Assembly: GCA_033764615.1 (NCBI GenBank) | Contig: JANRIU010000061.1 | Location: 31,090 to 95,089 of the forward strand | Source: Gemmatimonadales bacterium | Lineage (GTDB): Bacteria; Gemmatimonadota; Gemmatimonadetes; Gemmatimonadales; GWC2-71-9 | DNA length: 64,000 nt | Reading direction: 5' to 3' | Part shown: positions 30,348 through 37,922 of the stretch, piece by piece | Layout: the number at the start of each line of letters is the position of its first letter | Numbering within the stretch: the first letter of the stretch is position 1 | The notes under the pieces: generated by a model | Databases searched by the model: none | What the model was told of the DNA's origin: nothing | What the model saw: only the letters and a program-made list of their open reading frames with translations | Program-made: the position numbers and the translations under genes

Positions 30348-31239
30348 GCGAGCGCCGCAGCTCCTCCACGCTCGCGGCGTGGATCGCGACGACGTCGTCG
30401 AGGTCGCGCGCGTAGCCGCCGGCGAGCGTGAGCACGACCGGCAGCCCGCGGCGCCGGCACGCGGCGAACACCGCGCGGTCGCGCGCGCGCAGCCCCGCCT
30501 GCGACAGCGCGAGGCGGCCCAGCCGGTCGTCCACGTACGGGTCGGCGCCGGCGAGGAAGAAGACGAGCGCGGGCGCGGCGCGGTCGAGCACCGCGTCGAG
30601 GTGGCGGTCGAGCGCGGCGAGGTACGCGGCGTCGCCCGTGCCGTCGGGGAGCTCCACGTCCAGGTCGCTCCGCTCGCGCACGAACGGGTAGTTCCCCGCG
30701 CCGTGCATCGAGAACGTGAACGTGTCGGCGTCGTCGGCGAAGAGGCGCGCGGTGCCGTTCCCCTGGTGCACGTCGAGGTCGACCACCGCCACGCGGCCGA
30801 GCCGCCCCTCGCGGCGGAGGACGCGCACGGCGAGCGCCACGTCGTTGAAGCAGCAGAAGCCCTCGCCTCGGTCGGCGAAGGCGTGGTGCGTGCCGCCGGC
30901 GAGGTTGATGCCGGCGCCGGTCGCGAGCGCGTCGCGCGCGGCCTCGACGGTGCCCTGCGCGGTGCGGCGCGAGCGCTCGAGCAGCTCGGGCGACCAGGGG
31001 AAGCCGAGCCGGCGCTGCGCGGCGGCCGGCAGCGTGCCGCCGAACATGTCGCCGATGTAGGCGTCGGTGTGGACGAGGCGGAGGTCGTCGGCCGCGGCGG
31101 CGGGGGGCTCCAGCAGGTCGGCGGGGGCGATCAGCCCGCGCGCGAGGATGCCGTCGCGGATGCGCGGGTACTTCCCGGCGGGGAAGCGGTGGCCCTCGGG
31201 GAGCGGGATCGTGAAGCGCGCGGACGTCCAGGCCCGCAC
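30340..31239 (-). CDS. Histone deacetylase-family (HDAC/AcuC-like) deacetylase
   Basis: GGTHHAFADRGEGFCCFNDVA and VDLDVHQGNGT. GTG 31239 lies just after the GAF gene stop. The ATG at 31263 would overlap it. Confidence 0.8.
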   Translation of the reverse strand: MRAWTSARFTIPLPEGHRFPAGKYPRIRDGILARGLIAPADLLEPPAAAADDLRLVHTDAYIGDMFGGTLPAAAQRRLGFPWSPELLERSRRTAQGTVEAARDALATGAGINLAGGTHHAFADRGEGFCCFNDVALAVRVLRREGRLGRVAVVDLDVHQGNGTARLFADDADTFTFSMHGAGNYPFVRERSDLDVELPDGTGDAAYLAALDRHLDAVLDRAAPALVFFLAGADPYVDDRLGRLALSQAGLRARDRAVFAACRRRGLPVVLTLAGGYARDLDDVVAIHAASVEELRRSHG

Positions 31240-31240
31240 G

Positions 31241-31699
31241 TCAGAGCAGCACCGCCAGCGCATCCGCGACCACCTTCACCGCCGCCTGCTCGTCGGGGGT
31301 GAACGGGTCGGGCACGTCGGAGTCGACGTCGATCTGGCCGAGGATCAGGTCGCCGCGGCGGATGAGCACCACGAGCTCCGACTTCGTCCAGATGTTGCAC
31401 GCGATGTAGTTGCCGATGGCGCGCACGTCGGGGACGTTCTGGTCGGTCTTCGTCGCCACCGCGGTGCCGCAGACGCCCTTGCCGACGGGGATGCGCGTGT
31501 GGTCGGTGTCGCGGCCGCTGTACGCCTCGAGCACGAGCTCGTCGCCGTGCAGCATGTACATGTAGACGGAGGTGTACGGCGCGCCGCTCTCGCGCATCCG
31601 CTCGGCGGCGAGCTCGAGCAGGGCCTGGCGGCCGACGTCGCGGCAGAAGGCGCCGCGCAGCGCGGCGACGAGCCGCTCGGTGTCGATGACGGACGGCAT
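31241..31699 (-). CDS. GAF-domain protein, free methionine-(R)-sulfoxide reductase-like
   Basis: GKGVCGTAVATKTDQNVPDV...YIACNIWTKSELVVLI..GQIDVDSDVPDPF resembles the YebR/MsrC-type GAF domain. Confidence 0.7.
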   Translation of the reverse strand: MPSVIDTERLVAALRGAFCRDVGRQALLELAAERMRESGAPYTSVYMYMLHGDELVLEAYSGRDTDHTRIPVGKGVCGTAVATKTDQNVPDVRAIGNYIACNIWTKSELVVLIRRGDLILGQIDVDSDVPDPFTPDEQAAVKVVADALAVLL

Positions 31700-32958
31700 C
31701 AGCGCCCCCGCGGCGCGCCGAGCGTCGCCTTGAGCGTCACGGGCTTCCCCTCGCGGAGCACCACCACCTCCACCTCGGCGCCGGCGTCGAGCCCGCGCAG
31801 CACGTCGGTCATCGCCTGCAGGTCGGCGATCTCGAGGCCGGCGACCTTCACCAGCACGTCGCCCGCCCGCATCCCCGCCGCGTCGGCGGGGCCGCCGGGC
31901 CGCACGCCCGAGAGCGTCACGCCGGGGCCGCCGGCCGCCATGTCGGGCACGGTGCCGAGCGACGCGCCCTTCGCGCCCGTCGCGGCGACGGGGCGCGGCG
32001 CGGGCGGCGGGATGTCCACGAAGGTCAGCGGCGCCGCCCGGTTCGCGAGCGCGAGCACCACGTCCGCGGTGTAGGCGGTCACGCGCGCGAGGCCGTCGGC
32101 GTTGATCTTCTGCCAGTCGTCCGTGGCGCGGTGGTAGTCCTCGTGCAGGTCGGTGAAGACGTGCAGCACCGGCTTCCTCGCCGCGTAGAAGCTGCTGTGG
32201 TCGCTCGGGCCGAAGCCGTCGCCCTGCGCCTTGAGGTCGAACTTGTAGGTGGCGTTCAGCGAGTCGAGCAGCGGCCGGAACTCGCGCGCCGTCTCCACGC
32301 CGTAGACGATCAGCCGCTCGTTCTTGAGCCGGCCGATCATGTCCATGTTGACCATCGCCGTCGTCGAGTCCCAAGGCCACGCCGAATGCTTCACGTACCA
32401 CGACGAGCCGAGCACGCCGAGCTCCTCGCCGCTGAACGCGATGAAGACGACGGTGCGCTTCGGCTTCGCCTTGCGGAGGCGCTCGGCGATGGCGATCAGC
32501 GCGGAGGTGCCGGAGGCGTTGTCGTCGGCGCCGTTGTGCGGGCGGCCGGTCGAGTCGGGGTCGAGCGCGCCGAACGGGCCGGGGCCGAGGTGGTCGTAGT
32601 GCGCGCCGACGATCACGGCCTCGCCGCGCAGCCGCTTGTCGCTGCCGGGCAGCACGCCGATGACGTTCCGCCCCTGCACGCCGGCGAGCGGCGTCCCCTT
32701 CACCGCGGGCGCATCGGGGTTCACCGTGAACGGCTGGAACCAGCCCTCCTTCGGCGCGCGGAGCCCGGCCTGGCGGAAGCGGCGCGCGAGGAACTCGGCG
32801 GCCGAGTCGGCGCCGGCGGAGCCGGTGAGGCGGCCGCCCCACGCATCGCTCGCGAGGGTCTTCAGGTCGTCGAGCTGGGCGGAGGACTGGGCGCGGAGCG
32901 GCGCGGCGAGGCCGGCGGCGGCGACGAGCGCCAGCGCCAGCGGGGTGCGGCATGTCAT
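31699..32958 (-). CDS. Secreted M28 peptidase with C-terminal PDZ domain
   Basis: VGAHYDHLGPG, GADDNASGTSALIAIAERL and FIAFSGEELGVLGSSWY. PDZ domain: LSGVRPGGPADAAGMRAGDVLVKVAG. Confidence 0.85.
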   Translation of the reverse strand: MTCRTPLALALVAAAGLAAPLRAQSSAQLDDLKTLASDAWGGRLTGSAGADSAAEFLARRFRQAGLRAPKEGWFQPFTVNPDAPAVKGTPLAGVQGRNVIGVLPGSDKRLRGEAVIVGAHYDHLGPGPFGALDPDSTGRPHNGADDNASGTSALIAIAERLRKAKPKRTVVFIAFSGEELGVLGSSWYVKHSAWPWDSTTAMVNMDMIGRLKNERLIVYGVETAREFRPLLDSLNATYKFDLKAQGDGFGPSDHSSFYAARKPVLHVFTDLHEDYHRATDDWQKINADGLARVTAYTADVVLALANRAAPLTFVDIPPPAPRPVAATGAKGASLGTVPDMAAGGPGVTLSGVRPGGPADAAGMRAGDVLVKVAGLEIADLQAMTDVLRGLDAGAEVEVVVLREGKPVTLKATLGAPRGR

Positions 32959-32990
32959 GGCCCCAAGTCTAGCCTATCCTTTCGGGCCGC

Positions 32991-34427
32991 ATGCCCCCCG
33001 AGAAGCCCCCCGGCGCGCCCGCCGACACGCCCACCGGCGCGCCGCCGCCGCCGCTGCGCGAGCTCGCGTTCATCCCGCTCGCCGTCGCGCTCAACGTGGC
33101 GATGGGCGTGCTCGCGAGCCAGCTCGGCCTCCCCGTCTTCCTCGACACGCTCGGCACGCTCCTCGGCGCGGCGCTCCTCGGCGCGCGCGTCGGCATGGCG
33201 GCGGGGCTCGTGAGCCAGCTCATCACCGCTCTGCAGGTCGGCGCGTTCATGCTGGCGTTCGCGCCGCTCCAGCTGCTCATCGCGGCGTGCGGCGCGCTGG
33301 CCGCGCGCGCGGGCGCGTTCCGCCGCCTGCCGACCGCGCTGCTGGCCGGCGCGCTCACGGGCGCGCTCGCGGGGGCCGTGTCGAGCCGGATCGCGTACAC
33401 GCTGTTCGGCGGCGTCACCGCGCCCGGTGTCTCGATGGTGACCGCCACGCTCCGCGCCCTCGGCCTCCCCCTCGACCTCGCCGTCGCCGCCGCGTCGATC
33501 AGCACGGACGTGCTCGACAAGGTGGTGGTGTTCGGCCTGGTGGCGGGGGTGCTGGCGGGCGGACGGGCGGACGGGCGGTCGGGCGGACGGGCGCTCCTCG
33601 CGGCAGCCGGCGAATCCGTGTGGGACCTTGGCTCCGCCCGCTCGCCCTTCCTTCCGCCCGTCGGCTCGTCGGCCCTACCGCCCGCGCAGCGTCCGCCCGA
33701 CCGCTCGTCCGCCCGTCCGCCCGCGCAGCGTCCGCCCGTCCGCTCGTCCGCCTCCAGCGCCGGCGCGACGGCGCTCGCCCTCACCCTCGCCGTCCTCCTG
33801 CTCGCGTACCTGCTGCCGCCGCCGTGGGGGCCGGTGGGGCTCGCGGGCGTCGTGGCGGTGGCGCTCGCGGGCGCGGGGCAGGCGCGCGCGCTCGGGCGCG
33901 CGACGGCGTTCTGCATACTGCCGTGGGGCTTCCTCGTCGTCATCCACGTGGTGCTCGGCGCGGCGGACGGCTGGACGGTGGCACTGGCGCAGGGGGCGCG
34001 GCTCTACGCGATCCTCGCGGCATCGGCCGCGCTGCTCGCGACGTTCGATGGCAACGCCTTCCTCGAGGCGGCGGCGGCGCGCGGATGGCCGTACCAGCTC
34101 GCGTACCTCGTCGTCGCCGCGCTGCAGGCGATCCCGCGGCTCGCGGCCCGCGCCGAGCGGATCCTCGAGGCGCAGCGGCTGCGCGGGCTCCGCGTGCGCG
34201 GCGGTCCGCTCGTGCGCGCGCGCGCGCTGCTGCCGCTCGCGGTGCCGCTCGCCGTCGGCGCGCTGCAGGAGGTGGACGCGCGCGCCATGGCGCTGGAGCT
34301 CCGTGGCCTCGGCGTCGCGCGCCGCACCGCGATCGCGCCGCCGCCCGACACCGCGCGCGACCGGCTGCTCCGCTGGGGCGCGCTCGCGCTCGTGCTGGCG
34401 GCGCTCGCGTGGCGGGTGCGCGGATGA
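32991..34427 (+). CDS. ECF-type transporter, S-component-like and T-component (EcfT/CbiQ-like) halves in one ORF
   Basis: The N-terminal half is a multi-TM S-like region (FIPLAVALNVAMGVLASQLGLPVFLDTLGT). The C-terminal half is EcfT-like (AQRLRGLRV). The two are joined by about 65 codons of family A repeat with no stop and no canonical restart. Confidence 0.6.
   Translation: MPPEKPPGAPADTPTGAPPPPLRELAFIPLAVALNVAMGVLASQLGLPVFLDTLGTLLGAALLGARVGMAAGLVSQLITALQVGAFMLAFAPLQLLIAACGALAARAGAFRRLPTALLAGALTGALAGAVSSRIAYTLFGGVTAPGVSMVTATLRALGLPLDLAVAAASISTDVLDKVVVFGLVAGVLAGGRADGRSGGRALLAAAGESVWDLGSARSPFLPPVGSSALPPAQRPPDRSSARPPAQRPPVRSSASSAGATALALTLAVLLLAYLLPPPWGPVGLAGVVAVALAGAGQARALGRATAFCILPWGFLVVIHVVLGAADGWTVALAQGARLYAILAASAALLATFDGNAFLEAAAARGWPYQLAYLVVAALQAIPRLAARAERILEAQRLRGLRVRGGPLVRARALLPLAVPLAVGALQEVDARAMALELRGLGVARRTAIAPPPDTARDRLLRWGALALVLAALAWRVRG
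33557..33752. repeat. Family A inverted repeat inside CDS; exact G3N5 periodic tract
   Basis: GGG tracts occur at 33557, 33565, 33573, 33581 and 33589, an exact 8-nt period. The C-rich side (33654-33752) contains a 39-bp direct duplication starting at 33678 and 33717. Confidence 0.8.
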
Positions 34428-35800
34428 GCGGGCTCAGGCTGGACGGCGTGACGTTCACGTACCCGGGCGCCCCCGCACCCGCGCTCCGCGACTGCGACCT
34501 CGCGGTCGAGCCGGGGACGCTCACCTGGCTCCGCGGCGAGGTGGGCGCGGGGTGCAGCACGCTGCTCCTCGTCGCGGCCGGGCTCGCGCCGCGGCACACG
34601 GGCGGGACGCTCACCGGGCGCGTCACGCGCGCGGGCACGCTCGGCTACGTCGGCGCGGAGCCGCGCACGCAGCTCTCGGGCGTCGCCGACACGGTCTTCG
34701 CCGAGGTGGCGTTCGCGCCGCAGAACCTCGGCTGGCCCGCCGACGACATCGTGCGCGCGACGTGGGCCTCGCTCGACCGGTTCGGCCTCGTGCCGCTCGC
34801 CGGCCGGCACCCCGAGCAGCTCTCGGGCGGCGAGCAGCAGCGGCTCCTGCTCGCCGCGCTCGACGTGCTCGCACCGGACGTCTGGCTGCTCGACGAGCCG
34901 ACCGCCGCGCTCGACGCCGAGTGGCGCGAGCGGGTGGAGCAGTGGATGCGGGACGAGGCGGGACGGGGGGCGGCGGTGCTCGTGGCGGACGGGCGGACGG
35001 GCGGACAGGCGGACGGGGATGCGGCGAGCGGTCCGCCAGCGAGGGAGGTGATGCTGGAGGCGGGTCGTGTCTGGCAGCCCCACCCCGCCGCGGCGTCCCC
35101 GCGGGCGTCCAGCCCGCGGGCAGCCGTCCCTGTCCGCCCGTCCGCTCGTCCGCCCGTCCGCCTGAAGCTGGCGGACGCCAGCTTCCGCTACGCCCCCGAC
35201 CGCCCCGTCCTCGACGCGCTCTCGCTGGAGGTGCTGGCGGGCGAGGTGCTGCTCGTGCTCGGGCCGAACGGCGCGGGGAAGAGCACGCTCCTCCGGCTCG
35301 TCACCGCTCTCGCGCATCCCGTGTCAGGCAGCGTGACGAGCGCGGGGCGCGACACGCGGGGGCGCGGGCCGGAGGACCTGGCGGACGTGGTGGGGACGGC
35401 GGTGCAGGACCCCGGCGTGCAGCTCTTCGAGCGCACGGTGCGGCGCGAGCTCGCGTGGGGGCCGCGCGTGCTCGGCTGGCCGCGCGAACGGGCGGCGGCA
35501 CGCGCGGAGGAGGTGCTGGCGCGGCTCGGCCTCGAGGCGGCCGCCGAGTCGCACCCGCTCGACCTCCCGCTCCCGCTCCGCAAGCGCGTCGCGCTCGGCA
35601 CCGCGCTGATGGTCACGCCGCAGCTCCTCGTGCTCGACGAGCCGACCGCCGGCACCGACCCCGCCACGCGCGACCTCGTGGCGCAGGCGATCCATGAGGA
35701 AGCCTCCCGCGGCGCCGCGGTCATCTGCGTGACGCACGACGCGTGGCTGCGGGAGGTGGTGGGGGGGAGGGAGCTGGTGCTGGGGCGTCGCGAGTCGTGA
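34424..35800 (+). CDS. Tandem (A-A') ABC ATPase of the ECF-type transporter
   Basis: ATGA overlap with the upstream gene. Domain 1: GEVGAGCST, LSGGEQQR, WLLDEPTAALD. Domain 2: GPNGAGKST, LPLPLRKRV, LVLDEPTAGTD, VTHD. Confidence 0.8.
   Translation: MSGLRLDGVTFTYPGAPAPALRDCDLAVEPGTLTWLRGEVGAGCSTLLLVAAGLAPRHTGGTLTGRVTRAGTLGYVGAEPRTQLSGVADTVFAEVAFAPQNLGWPADDIVRATWASLDRFGLVPLAGRHPEQLSGGEQQRLLLAALDVLAPDVWLLDEPTAALDAEWRERVEQWMRDEAGRGAAVLVADGRTGGQADGDAASGPPAREVMLEAGRVWQPHPAAASPRASSPRAAVPVRPSARPPVRLKLADASFRYAPDRPVLDALSLEVLAGEVLLVLGPNGAGKSTLLRLVTALAHPVSGSVTSAGRDTRGRGPEDLADVVGTAVQDPGVQLFERTVRRELAWGPRVLGWPRERAAARAEEVLARLGLEAAAESHPLDLPLPLRKRVALGTALMVTPQLLVLDEPTAGTDPATRDLVAQAIHEEASRGAAVICVTHDAWLREVVGGRELVLGRRES
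34984..35162. repeat. Family A inverted repeat inside the tandem ATPase CDS
   Basis: ggcggacgggcggacgggcggacaggcggacgggg (34984-35018) faces ccctgtccgcccgtccgctcgtccgcccgtccgcc (35128-35162). Confidence 0.7.
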
Positions 35801-35860
35801 GTCGCGGGTCGTCGGTCGCGTGGCAGGGGGCGCCGGTGCGTCGTGCCCCCCGCCGGTCAG

Positions 35861-35924
35861 GCCGCTCGCCCGCTCGTCTGCTCGCTCGTCAGACCGCCTG
35901 TCCGCCCGTCCGCTCGTCCGCCCG
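35861..35924. repeat. Family A C-rich arm array
   Basis: gccgctcgcccgctcgtctgctcgctcgtcagaccgcctgtccgcccgtccgctcgtccgccc. It overlaps the 3' end of the PEP-CTERM gene. Confidence 0.5.
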
Positions 35925-36659
35925 AGCACGCCTCGCCACCAGCGCCAGCCCGAGCATGCCCGTGCCGAACAGCACCATCGTCGCCGGCTCGGGGACGACG
36001 GAGCCGCCCGTGGTGCCGTTCATCAGCAGGCCGTCGGTCTGGCCGTCGCCGCGAAGGACGAACGTGAGGGTGTTGAACCCCGCGTCCAGGTTGAACGCGT
36101 ACGCCTTCGTGCAGTTCGGGAACGCGCTGCCGGCGAACATCCCGTCGCCGTTGCGGCAGAAGCCGAAGCGGTTCTCGTTGCCCGCGCCCAGCAGCGTCGT
36201 CGGCGAGAGCACCATCGTGCCGCCGGAGAAGACGAAGCCGGGCGACACCGTGCCGCCCACGTACGCGCCGAGGAAGCGGTTGTCGAAGCCGATGAGGCCC
36301 GAGACCGTGCCCGCCGTCGGCATGAAGACCGTCGTGCGGAACAGGTACTCGAAGCGCATCACGTTGTCGCCGCTCACGCCCGCGAGCGGCAGGGTGCCGT
36401 TCGAGCGCAGGCCGATCCAGCTGAAGCTCGGTGCGCTGTTCGGGTTCCAGGGCGCCGACGGGATGGTGGTGATGCGGGTCGCGTTCGGCTGGAACTCGGT
36501 GTACGTGCCACCGACCAGACGCCGGACCGAGACGGACCAGTCCGGGTCGGTCGCGGCGAGCGTGGCGCCCGTGTTCTTGAAGGGCTGCGCCTCGGCGGGG
36601 GAGCCGGACGCCGCAAGTGCGACGATGGAGAGACCAGCGATGGCGTAGTTGCGGAACAT
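35889..36659 (-). CDS. PEP-CTERM sorting-domain protein
   Basis: ATG 36659 gives MFRNYAIAGLSIVALAASGSPAEAQ. C-terminus VPEPATMVLFGTGMLGLALVARRAR. GGAGG lies upstream. Confidence 0.8.
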   Translation of the reverse strand: MFRNYAIAGLSIVALAASGSPAEAQPFKNTGATLAATDPDWSVSVRRLVGGTYTEFQPNATRITTIPSAPWNPNSAPSFSWIGLRSNGTLPLAGVSGDNVMRFEYLFRTTVFMPTAGTVSGLIGFDNRFLGAYVGGTVSPGFVFSGGTMVLSPTTLLGAGNENRFGFCRNGDGMFAGSAFPNCTKAYAFNLDAGFNTLTFVLRGDGQTDGLLMNGTTGGSVVPEPATMVLFGTGMLGLALVARRARADERTGGQAV

Positions 36660-36726
36660 ACTGCGTCGCCTCCGGATGACGTTTGACCTGCCAACGCCAT
36701 CCGTGGCGACTCGAAGCAGCGGATGA

Positions 36727-36755
36727 AGGATAGCTTCATGTGTGGCGAAAAGCAA
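36727..36755 (-). promoter_or_regulatory. Sigma-70-like promoter candidate for the PEP-CTERM gene
   Basis: On the minus strand, TTGCTT (36755-36750), a 17-nt spacer, then TATCCT (36732-36727), in an unusually AT-rich patch. Confidence 0.3.
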
Positions 36756-36854
36756 CAGTTTGTTTGTATCGCATTGGTTATGGGGCTGCCGGGGGCCGGG
36801 AGCTGGGCGCCTCGGAGAGGTGACAGGAAGGGGGGCGGGCCACCGGCGGGGGCC

Positions 36855-36893
36855 GGCAAGGTCGCTTCGGGCCCTGCGGGCCCTCGCGATGAC
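36855..36893. repeat. Family B right arm (variant)
   Basis: ggcaaggtcgcttcgggccctgcgggccctcgcgatgac. Confidence 0.5.
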
Positions 36894-36905
36894 GGCGCTT
36901 GAGAT

Positions 36906-37170
36906 CTGTCATTGCGAGCTCGCGCAGCGCACCCCGCGACTCCACCCACCTGTCATTGCGAGCTCGCGCAGCGCACGCCGCGACTCCACCCACCTGTCAT
37001 TGCAGGCTCGCGCAGCGCACGCCGCGACTCCACCCACCTGTCATTGCAGGCTCGCGCAGCGCACCCCGCGACTCCACCCACCTGTCATTGCAGGCTCGCG
37101 CAGCGCACCCCGCGACTCCACCCACCTGTCATTGCGAGCTCGCGCAGCGAGCGAAGCAACCTTGCCGGCG
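36906..37170. repeat. 44-bp head-to-tail tandem repeat (6 units) derived from the family B left arm
   Basis: Units start at 36906, 36950, 36994, 37038, 37082 and 37126. The unit is ctgtcattgcgagctcgcgcagcgcaccccgcgactccacccac. The last unit continues as a full left arm ...agcgagcgaagcaaccttgccggcg. Confidence 0.9.
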
Positions 37171-37203
37171 CGGCTGGTAGTGCGCCATGGCGCGCGGCAC
37201 CGG

Positions 37204-37878
37204 CTACATCGTCGTCGGCACTGCCACGAGCGCCACGGCCGCGAGCCACGCTGCGGAGAGCAGCGCCCACCCACCCGCCGCGGCGAGGCCGGCGAGGAGC
37301 AGGCGGTCGGCGATGGTCGGGATGAGCGGCAACGGTGGCTCGGCCGACACCGGCTCGGTGCCGCCGCGCGGAATCGCGAGCGCGCGCGAGGCAGGCAGCA
37401 TGAACAGCAGCAGGAACGAGGGCGTGATGGCACCGAGCGTCGCGGCGAGCGCGCCGATGCGCCCGGCGCGATGCTCGGCGAGCACCAGCGCCACCGCCGG
37501 CAGCAGCGTGAGCGCGGCCGCGCCGGCGAGGATCGCGGCGACCACGCGGGCGAGCCGGGCCTGCCGCCGGACCCGTGCCGCCACCCGCTCGTAGGGCGGC
37601 GCACCCGTCGCGAGCGCGCCGCTGTCGCCGCGCCAGTCGGCGAGGCTCTCGGTCGCGGCGAGCGGTGGCGCCACCTCGCGCGCGAGCGCCTGGAGCGCCG
37701 TCGCGATCGCCGCGAGCCCGCCCGCCGCGTGCACCACGAGCCCCGCCGCCATCACCCACCACCCGGCCGACATCGGCGCCGGCACCGCGAAAGCCGGCTG
37801 CGCCACGAGCACCGGCGTCGCCGCCATCGCCGCACCCACACCAAGCAGCAGGTGCACCCCCCATGCACGTCCCGTCAT
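37204..37878 (-). CDS. Integral membrane protein, unknown function
   Basis: ATG 37878 gives MTGRAWGVHLLLGVGAAMAATPVLVAQ. The protein has about 6 hydrophobic segments. Confidence 0.55.
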   Translation of the reverse strand: MTGRAWGVHLLLGVGAAMAATPVLVAQPAFAVPAPMSAGWWVMAAGLVVHAAGGLAAIATALQALAREVAPPLAATESLADWRGDSGALATGAPPYERVAARVRRQARLARVVAAILAGAAALTLLPAVALVLAEHRAGRIGALAATLGAITPSFLLLFMLPASRALAIPRGGTEPVSAEPPLPLIPTIADRLLLAGLAAAGGWALLSAAWLAAVALVAVPTTM

Positions 37879-37885
37879 CAACGCT

Positions 37886-37920
37886 CCCGTCCGCTCCTCC
37901 GCTTGTCCGCCCGTCCGCCG
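37886..37920. repeat. Family A C-rich arm
   Basis: cccgtccgctcctccgcttgtccgcccgtccgccg lies between two minus-strand genes. Confidence 0.45.
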
Positions 37921-37922
37921 CG

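Noticed and set aside
33593-33760. Alternative reading in which the ECF S-like and T-like parts are two separate genes with an intergenic family A repeat.
   Set aside because: This is not fully rejected. No stop codon occurs in the S frame, and no ATG, GTG or TTG precedes the first T-domain helix, so I annotated one ORF. A CTG-initiated T gene remains possible.
36906-37170. Regular 44-bp periodicity looked superficially like a CRISPR array.
   Set aside because: Units are strictly head-to-tail with no unique spacers. The unit is derived from the family B repeat, and no cas genes are adjacent. It is a satellite or VNTR, not a CRISPR array.
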